Source: a bacterium | GTDB taxonomy: Bacteria; Chloroflexota; Limnocylindria; Limnocylindrales; Limnocylindraceae | Reading direction: 5' to 3' | NCBI GenBank assembly: GCA_037128565.1 | Contig: JBAXWE010000003.1 | Span: 1 to 49,476, forward strand | DNA: 49,476 bases | Shown: positions 1 to 10,330 of the stretch, one piece after another | Position numbering within the stretch: the first letter of the stretch is position 1 | Layout of the letters: every line of letters starts with the position of its first letter | Notes under the pieces: generated by a model | Database searches by the model: none | The model's input: the letters and a program-made list of their open reading frames with translations, nothing else | What the model was told of the DNA's origin: nothing | Position numbers and translations under genes: made by a program

Positions 1-690
1 CACCTCCGCGACTCCTGCCCCATGTTTGGCAATGAGGATGCATCCAGGGAGTGGCTCTTCGAACAGGCGCAGATAGGCGCACTCCTCTTCGTTTGCAAAG
101 AGCAGCGTGGGCGCGAGTTCGGCAAATCGGCGGCGACTCTCCTCGGGTCCCCATCCGCTCAGCGCGCCAACCGAAGAGGCGTCTAGTGAGGTTGGGATCC
201 CTGCGACGTGCGCGTGGGCGAAGAGCCGCTGGGTGGTCTCCCCAAGCGGCTCACCGAGGAGTGAGTAGGCGGGGGCGTGGAGCCACGATCCGCCGCCCAG
301 GGCGGCTGGACCTGGATCTCGCAGGGAGAGAGCGGCGGCGCGATCGGGGAGCATCGTCCGCTCACCGTCAGGCTCAACCACCACGACGATGCTGGCGCTG
401 CGACCGCCACGCTGCAGGAGCGGCTCAACCCCAGCTCGCACGAGGGCCGCCTCGAGGGTTTCGGCGGTGGTGTCGTCGCCGACGGCGCCAATGAAGCGCG
501 CTGCGCCCCCGGCAGTGACCGCGGCCACCGCGACGTTGGCGGCACTTCCGCCACGCCGTCGCGTGATCTGCGCCGCCGCGTCCGAGCCGCGTCGCCAGGG
601 AGCGTCCAGTCGCACGGCGATCTCGTCGATCAGGTCGCCAACGCAGATGATCAGTGGGGTGGGGGTGGCCTGGCTTGCGTGATCAATCAT
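1..690 (-). CDS. PfkB/ribokinase-family carbohydrate kinase (partial, runs off window start)
   Basis: Not in the ORF track because it is open at the edge. Manual translation from ATG at 690 gives MIDHASQ...IICVGDLIDE...RRGGSAANVAVAA...ARFIGAVGDD...EPDGERTM...LLFANEEE, the PfkB N-terminal signature. Confidence 0.88.
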   Translation of the reverse strand, partial: MIDHASQATPTPLIICVGDLIDEIAVRLDAPWRRGSDAAAQITRRRGGSAANVAVAAVTAGGAARFIGAVGDDTTAETLEAALVRAGVEPLLQRGGRSASIVVVVEPDGERTMLPDRAAALSLRDPGPAALGGGSWLHAPAYSLLGEPLGETTQRLFAHAHVAGIPTSLDASSVGALSGWGPEESRRRFAELAPTLLFANEEECAYLRLFEEPLPGCILIAKHGAGVAEV

Positions 691-697
691 GCGAGGG

Positions 698-703
698 AGT
701 GTA
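698..703 (-). promoter_or_regulatory. -10 element TACACT, leaderless promoter of the pfkB-family gene
   Basis: TACACT is 7 nt upstream of ATG 690 and no SD is present. Confidence 0.55.
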
Positions 704-724
704 TCGGCTATTCTCTGGCTCCTT

Positions 725-801
725 GGGCGGTTAGCTCAGTTGGTTAGAGCGCAGCCTTGACATGGCTGAGGTCACAGGTTCGAGTCCTGTACCGCCCACC
801 A
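725..801 (+). tRNA. tRNA-Val(GAC)
   Basis: Acceptor GGGCGGT/ACCGCCC, D-arm TAGCTCAGTTGGTTAGAGC, anticodon arm CAGCC-TTGACAT-GGCTG, T-loop GTTCGAG and encoded CCA. A candidate -10 TATTCT lies at 709-714. Confidence 0.97.
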
Positions 802-832
802 GTACCGAGAGGCGCGGAGAGGGGTCCAAGGG

Positions 833-2674
833 ATGGCAGACGAGGCAGCGGCAGCAGAGGTCGTCGAGATCGACGAGATCCTCGAAGCGCCCGCGCGCGG
901 CTCCGCCGAAGAACTGCTCGATGCCGGTGCGAGCGACAATCTCAGCCGCATGCGGCACTCCGCCGCACACGTCATGGCCGAAGCGGTTATGCGCCTCTTC
1001 CCCGGCGCAAAGCTCGGCATCGGCCCGGCAATCACCGACGGCTTCTACTACGACTTTCTTCTAGAGCGCGCCCTCACCCCCGACGATCTTGCCGCCATTG
1101 AGGCCGAGATGTCGAAGAGCATCGCCGCAAACCACACGTTCATTCTCGCCGAGCACACGTTTGACGAGCAGCGCGCCGCACTGGTGCGCGCGGATCAACC
1201 GCTCAAGATTGAGATCATGGACGACCTTGCAATGGCTGCGGCCGCGGAGGGTAAGCCTGCTCCGAACGTCACCACGTATCAACACGGTGAATTCCAGGAC
1301 CTGTGCCGCGGCCCCCATGTCGAAAGCACGGGCAAGATCGGTCCATTCAAGTTGCTCTCTATTGCTGGTGCCTACTGGCGCGGCAAGAACGATCGCCCGA
1401 TGCTGCAGCGTATCTACGGCACCGCCTGGGAGACACAGGAGCAGATCGACCAATACCTGTGGCGTCGCGATGAGGCGCGCAAGCGCGATCATCGCAAGCT
1501 CGGCGTCGCGCTTGATCTCTTCTCGTTCCACGACGTCTCTCCTGGCAGTGCCTTCTGGCACCCGAAGGGGCAACGACTCTGGCGCACGCTTGAAGGCGCA
1601 ATGCGCGAGATGCAGGAGCGACGCGGCTATCAGGAGATCTCCACGCCGATCGTCGTCAGTAAGCATCTCTGGGAGCAGTCGGGCCACTGGGACCTCTATC
1701 GCGACAACATGTTCATCATCGAATCTGAGGGCGAAGAGTTCAGTCTGAAGCCGATGAACTGCCCAGAGAGCACCGTCATCTATCGCACGCGCACGCGGAG
1801 CTATCGCGATCTGCCGCTGCGACTCTCCGAATACGGCCGGCTGCATCGCAACGAGCTTTCAGGGACGCTTAGCGGGCTTACGCGCGTCCGCCACTTCATT
1901 CAGGATGATGGGCACATCTACGTGCGCCCAGACCAGATTGAATCCGAAGTCGCTGCACTCCTCGAAGAGGTTCGCGAGGTCTATGCCTGGTTTGACTTGC
2001 CAGTTGAGTTTGTCTTTTCGACCAAGCCTGCCAAGGCACTTGGCGATCCGAAGCTCTGGGATAAGGCGGAGTCAATGATCGAGAAGGCGTTACGCGACTC
2101 TGGTGCGAAGTGGCGACTGAATGCCGGCGATGGTGCCTTCTATGCGCCGAAGATCGACATCATCGTTCGCGATGCACTCGGTCGTGAATGGCAGACGGCA
2201 ACCGTGCAGGTTGACCTGGTGATGCTGCCAGAGCGATTCGATCTGACCTATACCGACGAGGCGGGGGAGCGCGTCCGGCCGATTGCCATCCACCGTGCGA
2301 TCTACGGCTCTCTGGAGCGCTTTATCGGCATCTTGGTCGAACACTACGCGGGTGCCTTCCCGTTCTGGCTGGCCCCTGAACAGGTTGTCATTATCCCGAT
2401 TGCCGACCGCCACCTCGAATTCGTCACGGCCGGTGCTGCAGTGCTGCGCGCCGCTGGCATTCGCGTCAGCATCGACGACTCGTCCAACCGAATGCAGAAC
2501 AAGATCCGCTTGGCCCAGGAGCAGAAGGTTCCGCTGATGCTCGTTGTTGGCGATAAGGAGATTGAGGCTGGCGGAGCGGCGCCCCGTTGGCGCGATGGCA
2601 CCCAGGAGCCCGCAACCAGCTGGGGAGCACTCGCATCCGCCCTCGCCGCGCGCGCGGCCGCTCGCACCGCGTGA
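833..2674 (+). CDS. thrS: Threonyl-tRNA synthetase (no N-terminal TGS domain)
   Basis: RHSAAHVMA and DLCRGPHV editing motifs, RDHRKLG, KPMNCP, FYAPKID, IHRAIYGSLERF. Confidence 0.98.
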   Translation: MADEAAAAEVVEIDEILEAPARGSAEELLDAGASDNLSRMRHSAAHVMAEAVMRLFPGAKLGIGPAITDGFYYDFLLERALTPDDLAAIEAEMSKSIAANHTFILAEHTFDEQRAALVRADQPLKIEIMDDLAMAAAAEGKPAPNVTTYQHGEFQDLCRGPHVESTGKIGPFKLLSIAGAYWRGKNDRPMLQRIYGTAWETQEQIDQYLWRRDEARKRDHRKLGVALDLFSFHDVSPGSAFWHPKGQRLWRTLEGAMREMQERRGYQEISTPIVVSKHLWEQSGHWDLYRDNMFIIESEGEEFSLKPMNCPESTVIYRTRTRSYRDLPLRLSEYGRLHRNELSGTLSGLTRVRHFIQDDGHIYVRPDQIESEVAALLEEVREVYAWFDLPVEFVFSTKPAKALGDPKLWDKAESMIEKALRDSGAKWRLNAGDGAFYAPKIDIIVRDALGREWQTATVQVDLVMLPERFDLTYTDEAGERVRPIAIHRAIYGSLERFIGILVEHYAGAFPFWLAPEQVVIIPIADRHLEFVTAGAAVLRAAGIRVSIDDSSNRMQNKIRLAQEQKVPLMLVVGDKEIEAGGAAPRWRDGTQEPATSWGALASALAARAAARTA

Positions 2675-2711
2675 GGGTGATTGGGCAGAGGGGCCCAGCA
2701 TCGTCGCGGGA

Positions 2712-2720
2712 TGCTACGCT
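2712..2720 (+). promoter_or_regulatory. Extended -10 promoter (TGcTACGCT) for infC-rpmI-rplT
   Basis: TGnTAnnnT match about 60 nt upstream of the infC start. Confidence 0.45.
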
Positions 2721-2781
2721 CGCTACCCCCGCAAGGACGCTGTCCTCGGGTCCAAAGCTGATGATCGTGAGGGTCTGACCG

Positions 2782-3357
2782 ATTAAGGATCTACGCATCA
2801 ATACCCAGATCCGCGTCCCACAGGTTCGCGTTCTGGATGAAGAGGGGAACCAGCTCGGTGTCCTCGCTACCCCCGAAGCCCTGCGACAGGCACAGGAGCG
2901 CGGCCTTGACCTCGTAGAGATCGCCCCCACCTCGGCCCCCCCTGTCTGCAAGTACCTCGATTACGGCAAGTTCAAGTACGAGGCCCAGAAGAAGGAGCAG
3001 GACGCCCGCAAGCGTCAGAAGACGGCCGACCTGAAGGAGCTGCGCTGTACCCCCAAGATCGGGGATGCCGATCTGCAGACCAAGATCCGCCAAGCCCATA
3101 AGTTCCTCTCCGGTGGCGACCGGGTGAAATTCTCGGTCAAGTTCCGTGGCCGCGAGATGACCCACCCTGAGATTGGCCGGGCCATTCTGGACCGAGTTGT
3201 GCAGGGATTGGCCGATGTAGCCCAGCTCGAGCGCCCCTCCCTCCTGGAAGGACGCTTCCTCTCGATCCAACTGGTAGCATTACCCCGACAGAAGGGTCAG
3301 ACGGCCCCGGCACCCGGCACCGATGAGCCGGCCGTACCAGCCCTCGAAGGGGAGTAA
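2782..3357 (+). CDS. infC: Translation initiation factor IF-3, ATT start codon
   Basis: The frame of track ORF 3124-3357 extends upstream as IKDLRINTQIRVPQVRVLDEEGNQLGV...LDLVEIAP...PPVCKYLDYGKFKYE. ATT at 2782 follows an in-frame TGA (2776-2778) and SD-like GAGGGT. Confidence 0.95.
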   Translation: MKDLRINTQIRVPQVRVLDEEGNQLGVLATPEALRQAQERGLDLVEIAPTSAPPVCKYLDYGKFKYEAQKKEQDARKRQKTADLKELRCTPKIGDADLQTKIRQAHKFLSGGDRVKFSVKFRGREMTHPEIGRAILDRVVQGLADVAQLERPSLLEGRFLSIQLVALPRQKGQTAPAPGTDEPAVPALEGE

Positions 3358-3359
3358 CC

Positions 3360-3560
3360 ATGCCAAAGATGAAGACGCACAAGGGCGCGCAGAAGCGCAT
3401 CGGATTCACCGGCTCAGGGAAGCCGATCCGCGTGAAGTCGTGGCGTGGCCACCACCTTGAAATCAAGTCGTCCCGACGCATCCGCCGCTATGCGGGTAAG
3501 GCGGTCCTCGGCGTCACCCACAAGAATCAGATTTCACGCCTGCTGCCATACGGCGGCTGA
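3360..3560 (+). CDS. rpmI: 50S ribosomal protein L35
   Basis: MPKMKTHKGAQKR...LLPY, between infC and rplT. Confidence 0.97.
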   Translation: MPKMKTHKGAQKRIGFTGSGKPIRVKSWRGHHLEIKSSRRIRRYAGKAVLGVTHKNQISRLLPYGG

Positions 3561-3582
3561 GCGATAACGAGAGGAGTAGAAA

Positions 3583-3933
3583 ATGGCACGAGTTAAGCGC
3601 GGAGTTGCCGGACACAAGCGCCATAAGCGCCTGCTTCAGGCCGCTGAGGGGCGACGTGGCTCACGCAGCAAGCTCATTCGTCCAGCCCGCGAAGCCCTCC
3701 TGCACGCACTTGCCTACGCAACGCGAGACCGACAGCAGCGCAAGCGCCAGATGCGTGAGTTGTGGATTCACCGCGTTAACGCGGCAGCACGTCTCAACGG
3801 CATCTCCTATTCGCAGTTCATCGCCGGCCTCAAGCGCAACAACATTGCGATTGACCGCAAGATGTTGGCCGACCTCGCTGTGCGCGATGCCGCGGCATTC
3901 ACGGCGGTCGCGGTCGCAGCGAAGCGCGCCTAG
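3583..3933 (+). CDS. rplT: 50S ribosomal protein L20
   Basis: MARVKRG...[11 protein letters not shown]...SYSQFI...[10 protein letters not shown]; SD GAGGAG. Confidence 0.98.
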   Translation: MARVKRGVAGHKRHKRLLQAAEGRRGSRSKLIRPAREALLHALAYATRDRQQRKRQMRELWIHRVNAAARLNGISYSQFIAGLKRNNIAIDRKMLADLAVRDAAAFTAVAVAAKRA

Positions 3934-3951
3934 CCCCCTCGGTCCGCGGTA

Positions 3952-4965
3952 GTGGACCTCGCAGCGCTCGAAAAGCAACTCCGCACACTGCAGGCTGATG
4001 CCGCGGCGCGTATTTCTGCTGCACAAACGACGCATGAGCTCGACGACCTAGGGTCGTCACTCCTGGGTAAGCGTGGTGCGATCACCGAAGTTCTTCGCGG
4101 GATCGGCGCACTTCCAGCGGATGATCGCCCAAAGATCGGCGTCGTCGCGAACGACGTGCGCGCTGCGATCGATGGTGCCGTTACCGCTCGCCGCACCGCT
4201 CTCTCGGCTGGCGAACTCCTTGCGCGCATAGAGCGGGAGCGCATTGATGCCACTACGCCAGGTCCAGCCCCGCGCCTCGGATCGCTGCATCCGATCCCAG
4301 AAACGATCGCGGCGATTGCCGAGATCATGGCCTCGTTCGGCTTCGTCGTTGCCGAGGGGCAAGAGATTGAAGACGATGTCACCAACTTCCAGCTACTCAA
4401 CATTCCAGAGGATCACCCCTCACGCGATCTTTGGGACACGCTCTACCTGCAGGAGCCTGGTCGGTTGCTGCGCACACACACGTCGCCAGGGCAGATCCGC
4501 ACGATGCAAGCGGGTGGACCGCCGATTCGCGTCATTCTTCCTGGGCGCTGCTTCCGCTATGAGGCGGTCGACGCGAGTCACGGCTTTGAGTTTCATCAAG
4601 TTGAGGGGTTGCTCGTTGACCGTGGCGCAACGCTCGCCGATCTCAAGGGGATCCTCGATGAGCTGGCGAAGGGCCTTTTCGGCGCTGCCACGCGCACACG
4701 CTTCAGGCCAGGGTATTACCCGTTCACCGAGCCATCCGTCGCAGTAGACGTTTCGTGGCCAGGGAGCAAAGACGGCTGGATGACGATTCTCGGCGCCGGA
4801 ATGGTGCACCCCGTGGTGCTGGAGAATGGCGGCATTGACCCAGAGTTGCATCAAGGGTTTGCCTTCGGTCTCGGCGTAGAGCGGATCGCGATGCTGCGCC
4901 ACGACATTCCTGACCTCCGCGCCTTCCTTGAGAACGATCTCCGTTTCTTGGCGGGATTCCGATGA
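3952..4965 (+). CDS. pheS: Phenylalanyl-tRNA synthetase alpha subunit
   Basis: HPSRDLWDT, LLRTHTSPGQ, FHQVEGL, YYPFTEPS, FAFGLGVERIAM. Confidence 0.98.
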   Translation: MDLAALEKQLRTLQADAAARISAAQTTHELDDLGSSLLGKRGAITEVLRGIGALPADDRPKIGVVANDVRAAIDGAVTARRTALSAGELLARIERERIDATTPGPAPRLGSLHPIPETIAAIAEIMASFGFVVAEGQEIEDDVTNFQLLNIPEDHPSRDLWDTLYLQEPGRLLRTHTSPGQIRTMQAGGPPIRVILPGRCFRYEAVDASHGFEFHQVEGLLVDRGATLADLKGILDELAKGLFGAATRTRFRPGYYPFTEPSVAVDVSWPGSKDGWMTILGAGMVHPVVLENGGIDPELHQGFAFGLGVERIAMLRHDIPDLRAFLENDLRFLAGFR

Positions 4966-7439
4966 AAATTCCACTTTCGTGGCTCCGTGAATTCACCGAT
5001 GTACAGCTAACCGCCGAACAGTTGGCTGATGCGCTCACCCTGCGTGGTCTTGAGGTTCGCGGCGTGGAACGCTGGGGTGCCAACTGGAACAAGATGGTTG
5101 TCGGCGAGTTACTTGAGGTTGGGCCGCATCCGAAGGCCGATCGCCTACAACTAACGAAGGTGCGCATCGGTGATGGACCAATCCTCAACATTGTCTGTGG
5201 CGCCCGCAATATTGCCGCCGGCCAGCGCATCCCCGTAGCGCTCGTTGGCGCAGAGATGCCCGACGGCAGACGCATTGAGCGCGCCGAGAAGATGGGGATT
5301 GCGTCTGAGGGAATGCTCTGCTCCGGTCAAGAGCTCGATGCAACTGACGATGGCGACGGCATCCTCATCCTCGATGCTTCAGCCCCGCTTGGAATGCCAA
5401 TTGTTGACCTAATCGGCGATGACGTGATCGATGTCGACGTGAAGCCGAACCGTGGCGACCTCCTGTCGATCTTGGGGCTCGCCCGCGAGGTGGGGGCGAT
5501 CACCGGCGCACCAGTGGCGTATGCAGCCAGGTCGCTCAATGAGGGTGCCAGTGCAGTGGGTACGGGGTTATCGCTCGGTGTGACAGACGAGCAGCTCGCG
5601 CCGCACGTTGTTCTGCGGGTGGTGGACGGACTCAAGGTCGCCGCATCGCCAGATCGCGTTCAAATGCGCCTGAAGGCGGCTGGCCTCCGCTCCATTTCGA
5701 ATGTCGTTGATGCCACGAACTACATCATGTTGGAGCTTGGCAAGCCAACGCATGCGTTTGATCGCGCGAAGGTGGGCAAGTCCCTGCAGATTCGTCTTGC
5801 CCAGAAGGGGGAGACCCTCGAGACGCTCGACCACGAGACACGCAGCCTGGATGCAGCCGACCTGGTTGTGGCTGATGAGCGTGCCGCCCTCGCCCTTGCG
5901 GGCGTGATGGGTGGTGCAAGCAGTGAGATCACACCGGCGACAACGAGCGTGATCATTGAGAGTGCGATCTTTGCTCCAACGTCGGTCCGTCGTACTGCGC
6001 AGCGACACAGCCTACGTTCCGAGGCCTCCCACCGCTTTGAACGCGGCCATGAGCGCCGACTCGCCATACTAGCTGCCGATCAAGTTGCCGCGTTGCTCAC
6101 AGACTGGGCTGGTGGCATCGCTCAGGCGGGACGAATCGTGAGCGGCGCTGCTGATCTTCCCCCAGCAACGTTGCACTTCCGGCCGTCGCGCGTGCGCACC
6201 CTGCTCGGCGTCTCCCTTACTGACGATGAGCAGGTGGCCCTGCTCGGCTCTATCGGTATCAGCGAACAGGCTGCGGCCGATGTGACGAAGATTGCCATTA
6301 CACCAAAGCGCTCGGTCTCCGCAGCAAAGGGGAGTGCGCGAACCGTGACCATTCCGAGTTGGCGGAGCGACCTGGAAATTGAAGCCGACATTGTCGAAGA
6401 GGTCGCGCGCATCTACGGCTATGACCGCATCCCGGCGTCGATCCCGAGCAGTGATATGCCGACGCATCGCCCTACGCCAACGCTGCTACGTGACCGAGTT
6501 CGCCGTCTGCTTGCCGACAGCGGCCTACATGAGGTGGTCACCCACGCGCTGGTGTCGGCTGCACAGGCTGAACTTTGGAGCGAGCCTGCTGCACTCGTGA
6601 GTGGGCCACTTGCCACATCAGAGGGTGCTGCAGGCGGCGCTTCGATCGTGTTGCAAAATCCACTCTCCGCAGATCATGATCGACTCCGACAGTCTCTCTT
6701 GCCGAGCCTGCTGGATCGCGTTGATGCCAATATTCGGTACGGAGCGGCCTCGGGCGCCATCTTCGAAGTTGGACGTGGCTACGGCAGCACCAATAGCGCA
6801 CCGTCAGAGTGGACGCGCCTGGCAATCGCGGTCTGGGGCGAGCGTGAGCAGGGTGCGCCGAGCACAGGAGCGCTGGCATGGAACCTTGACGAACTAAAGC
6901 GACTGCTCGCGCAGGTTGCCTATCTAGTCGGTGAGCGCCCGCAATACGGTGCGCCGGTCCATTCAGCGATCCTGCACCCTGGGGTCAACGCCGCCATTAC
7001 GGGCGACCGGTTCGCTGGACTTATCGGAGAGCTGCACCCTGCATCCCCGATCTGGCGTGACCAGTCGCGGGTGATTCTCGCCGAAGTGGCCGTCGCTGGC
7101 CTTAGCGCAGGGCGCGTAGATACGTCGCGCGTATCGCTCCCGCCCGCGACGCCTCCCGTGACTCGCGATATTGCTCTGCTCATTCCAGCCGGCGCGACCG
7201 TCGGCGAGGTGCTTCATGTCGCTCGTGCGACCGTCGGTCGGGCCACCGCTATTGAGCTGTTCGACCTCTTCGACGGCCCGCCGCTGGCACCTGGTGAGCG
7301 GTCTGCTGGGCTGAGGTTTACTTTCCAGCCGACGGCTGCGGGTATGGACGATGACGCAATCGCGGCTGAGCTGGCCTCTTTTGAGGGGGCCGTGCTTCGC
7401 GCAACGAAAGCACGTATCCGCGGCGTCGAGGGACAGTGA
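4962..7439 (+). CDS. pheT: Phenylalanyl-tRNA synthetase beta subunit
   Basis: HPKADRL, IVCGARN, SEGMLCS, KPNRGDLLS, B3/4 and B5 domains (PSWRSDLEIEADIVEEVAR), C-terminal FDX-ACB; ATGA overlap with pheS. Confidence 0.97.
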   Translation: MKIPLSWLREFTDVQLTAEQLADALTLRGLEVRGVERWGANWNKMVVGELLEVGPHPKADRLQLTKVRIGDGPILNIVCGARNIAAGQRIPVALVGAEMPDGRRIERAEKMGIASEGMLCSGQELDATDDGDGILILDASAPLGMPIVDLIGDDVIDVDVKPNRGDLLSILGLAREVGAITGAPVAYAARSLNEGASAVGTGLSLGVTDEQLAPHVVLRVVDGLKVAASPDRVQMRLKAAGLRSISNVVDATNYIMLELGKPTHAFDRAKVGKSLQIRLAQKGETLETLDHETRSLDAADLVVADERAALALAGVMGGASSEITPATTSVIIESAIFAPTSVRRTAQRHSLRSEASHRFERGHERRLAILAADQVAALLTDWAGGIAQAGRIVSGAADLPPATLHFRPSRVRTLLGVSLTDDEQVALLGSIGISEQAAADVTKIAITPKRSVSAAKGSARTVTIPSWRSDLEIEADIVEEVARIYGYDRIPASIPSSDMPTHRPTPTLLRDRVRRLLADSGLHEVVTHALVSAAQAELWSEPAALVSGPLATSEGAAGGASIVLQNPLSADHDRLRQSLLPSLLDRVDANIRYGAASGAIFEVGRGYGSTNSAPSEWTRLAIAVWGEREQGAPSTGALAWNLDELKRLLAQVAYLVGERPQYGAPVHSAILHPGVNAAITGDRFAGLIGELHPASPIWRDQSRVILAEVAVAGLSAGRVDTSRVSLPPATPPVTRDIALLIPAGATVGEVLHVARATVGRATAIELFDLFDGPPLAPGERSAGLRFTFQPTAAGMDDDAIAAELASFEGAVLRATKARIRGVEGQ

Positions 7440-7987
7440 CCCCGACGGTACTCGTGGATCTCGTCATCGTCGTGCTGCTCGTACTTGCGGCTTGGAGCGG
7501 CGGACGCACTGGTGCTGCGCGTAGCGCGGTCTCTCTGCTGGCACTCGTTCTCGGACTCTTCATTAGCGCACAGGGACAGGGGGCCATCACGCAGTTCGTC
7601 GCGCGCCTACTACCGGGAGTTGATGTGCGCCTGATCGGTGCGGGCATCTTTATCGGTGGCGTCTGGATCCTGTTGGCGATCGCCTCGTACGTCATGGGCC
7701 GACTGTTGCAGGCATCCCTGCGCGCCGTCCACCTCGGTGCGGTTGATACGGCTCTCGGGGCACTTCTTGGCCTGGTGCAGTGGAGCGCGGCGATTGCAGC
7801 CGTAATCTTCATCTTTGACGCGGCAGCCTCTGCAAGCATTATCTTGCCAGCACCGATTAACGGCCTTGCTTCAGCGATGAGAACCTCCCAATCTGCGGAT
7901 GTACTTCGGGGATTCATCTATCCGATTGCGCAACAGTTGTTCGGCGGACTTCTCCCAGAAGGTCTGCGCGCACTCCTCGTTCCGTGA
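7436..7987 (+). CDS. cvpA: CvpA (colicin V production) family membrane protein
   Basis: About four TM helices with VDTALGALLG; pheT-cvpA-mutS2 order as in Terrabacteria. Confidence 0.75.
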   Translation: MTPTVLVDLVIVVLLVLAAWSGGRTGAARSAVSLLALVLGLFISAQGQGAITQFVARLLPGVDVRLIGAGIFIGGVWILLAIASYVMGRLLQASLRAVHLGAVDTALGALLGLVQWSAAIAAVIFIFDAAASASIILPAPINGLASAMRTSQSADVLRGFIYPIAQQLFGGLLPEGLRALLVP

Positions 7988-10323
7988 CGAGGGCAGGGGG
8001 GAGCCAGTACGACGAGCGCTCCCTCATACGCCTTGAATGGGAGGCCCTCCTCGAAATAATTACGGCCGCGTGCGCCTTCTCCCCTTCGCGCGAGCTGGGA
8101 CTAACCCTTCGTCCAACCTCGGGAGCGGGGACCATACCCACGCTGCGGGCACTCGGACGTGAGATTGCCGACCTGCGACGAGATGGTGGCGACCCGCATA
8201 TAGGCGGTGCAAGCGACCTGGAGCCAGCCGTTGATCGCGGTGCGAAGGGTGGCACCCTTGATGGATCGGCACTCTTTGCAGTGAGCGAAACGCTCCGGGT
8301 TGTTGAGCGTGTTGCGAGCGAGTTGGTGGGGTCAGGCCCAACGCTGAGCGCGCTTGGGGCGGCGCTCGTGGGGCTTCGCCCGTTGCGAAGCTCAATTGAA
8401 CGTGCGATCTCCGCTGATGGGACGATTCTAGATGCCGCATCACCGCTGCTCGGTGGACTACGTGCGCTACATCGAACCAGTCTTGAACGACTCCGGACTC
8501 GGCTTGAAACGCTTGCTCACGCGAAGGCCTATAGCCCGTATCTACAGGAGCCGATCGTCACCGTGCGGAACGGTCGCTACGTGCTGCCAGTTCGCTCTGA
8601 GTGGAAGTCTCGAGTCCCAGGGATCGTGCACGATGCAAGCGCCACGGGCCAAACGGTCTGGATTGAGCCACTGGAAGTTGTGGAGCTAGGGAATGCAGTG
8701 CGAGAGTCGGAGATGGCGGTCTCTACTGAGGAGGCGCGCATTTTGGGGGCGCTCTCGGCGTTGGTTGGCGGTGATGCAGCCGCCCTACGCTCCAATGGAG
8801 AGCATCTCGCGCGCTTCGATCTAGCACGCGCCGTGGCAGATGTTGCACGTGAACGGGGGTGGCTCTACGCAGATGAGGCGCACAGTGGAGTTCTCGTGCT
8901 GCATGATGCTGTACATCCACTGCTTTCTCCGCCAGTTGTGCCGATGAACCTGGAGCTTGATGCTGAACAGCGTGTGCTCGTGATCACCGGTCCGAACACC
9001 GGTGGCAAGACGGTAGCTCTGAAGGCGGTAGGCCTCCTCACCGCAATGCACCATGCAGGTTTACCGTTGCCGTGCGGCCCTGGATCAGCCATACCTGCAA
9101 CAGGAAATGTTTGGGCAGATATTGGCGACGATCAGTCGATTGCGCAGAGCCTCAGCACATTCTCCGGCCACTTGACCTCAATTCAGCGGATTCTGCTCGG
9201 TGCGAGAACAGGTGATGTCGTACTACTTGATGAAGCGGGAGCGGGGACCGATCCGGCCGAGGGGGCCGCACTCGCCGCAGCAATCATCGACGATCTCCGC
9301 GTTCGCGGATGTCGCGTCTTGGCAACAAGTCACTATGCCGAACTGAAACAGTACGCGCATGTCACTCCGGGTGTGGTGAACGGTTCGGTAGAGTTCGATC
9401 TCGCGACGCTCGCGCCAACGTACCGACTTGAGGTCGGTGCACCCGGTGGCTCACAGGCGTTCGCGATTGCTGCCCGACTTGGACTGCCGAAGAGTCTTCT
9501 TGACGCGGCCCAGGCACGGCGTAGTGATCAGGGCGCAACACTTGACGCGGCTCTGGCCGCCGCGGCGGAAGCTGAGCGTGCAGCTCGTGATGCTCGGCAG
9601 GTTGCGGAAGGTTTACAGGAGCGCGCAGCTGACTCACTTGCGCAGGCCGTGGAACTTCGCCGTGAAATGGAGCGCAGCGCAGCCGAAGCGCGAGAGACGG
9701 CAACAGCTGAGGCGCGCAACGCCGCGGCCGCTATGTTGCTACGTGTTTCGCAATTGCGAGAGGCGCTCGAGCTGGGGAGCCTCACCGCTGAGATGCTCGC
9801 TGTGGCTAACGAGTTGGATCTCGCCGTCGCATCCGGCACCACGTCAGGGTTAAGCGCAGGGCGCGATCGAGATGGGGAGATTCCCCTCTCAGCACTGCAA
9901 GGCGCCATTGGGTGCGATGTCGTTTTACGATCCGGGGCTCGTGCGACGCTGCTTGCCTTGGATGGCCAGAATGCCACGGTTGCTCTCGGTCGGATGCACA
10001 GTTCGCTACCTATCGCAGAAATCAGCAAGATCCTCACATCCGTCAAGAACGCCGCTCAGCCAGCTGCGCGATCTGCAGCCGTACCTGTTTCCGCAAAGCT
10101 CGATCTCCGCGGCGCGCGCGTCGAGGATGCCCTCATCGCGCTGGAGGCACGCATCAGTGCGGTGCTATTGGCCGGTGGTGAGCAACTAGAGATCATCCAC
10201 GGCGTCGGAACTGGTGCACTTCGAGATGCCGTCCGTCGCAAGTTGCGAGAACTACCTGAGGTTCGTGAGGTACAAGGCGCTGACGCGCCTGGCCGAGAAG
10301 GGGTGACCGTCGCGCTCTTTTAG
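7984..10323 (+). CDS. mutS2: Endonuclease MutS2 (Smr domain)
   Basis: ITGPNTGGKT Walker A, SLSTFSGH, LLDEAGAGTDPAEG, C-terminal Smr LDLRG...IIHGVGTGALR. Confidence 0.95.
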   Translation: MTRAGGSQYDERSLIRLEWEALLEIITAACAFSPSRELGLTLRPTSGAGTIPTLRALGREIADLRRDGGDPHIGGASDLEPAVDRGAKGGTLDGSALFAVSETLRVVERVASELVGSGPTLSALGAALVGLRPLRSSIERAISADGTILDAASPLLGGLRALHRTSLERLRTRLETLAHAKAYSPYLQEPIVTVRNGRYVLPVRSEWKSRVPGIVHDASATGQTVWIEPLEVVELGNAVRESEMAVSTEEARILGALSALVGGDAAALRSNGEHLARFDLARAVADVARERGWLYADEAHSGVLVLHDAVHPLLSPPVVPMNLELDAEQRVLVITGPNTGGKTVALKAVGLLTAMHHAGLPLPCGPGSAIPATGNVWADIGDDQSIAQSLSTFSGHLTSIQRILLGARTGDVVLLDEAGAGTDPAEGAALAAAIIDDLRVRGCRVLATSHYAELKQYAHVTPGVVNGSVEFDLATLAPTYRLEVGAPGGSQAFAIAARLGLPKSLLDAAQARRSDQGATLDAALAAAAEAERAARDARQVAEGLQERAADSLAQAVELRREMERSAAEARETATAEARNAAAAMLLRVSQLREALELGSLTAEMLAVANELDLAVASGTTSGLSAGRDRDGEIPLSALQGAIGCDVVLRSGARATLLALDGQNATVALGRMHSSLPIAEISKILTSVKNAAQPAARSAAVPVSAKLDLRGARVEDALIALEARISAVLLAGGEQLEIIHGVGTGALRDAVRRKLRELPEVREVQGADAPGREGVTVALF

Positions 10324-10330
10324 GAAGGAG

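Noticed and set aside
51-747. Track ORFs in 51-747
   Set aside because: All are shadows of the edge-truncated PfkB-family gene on the - strand.
725-832. tRNA-Val as an integration site
   Set aside because: No integrase and no duplicated tRNA 3' end was seen. thrS follows directly.
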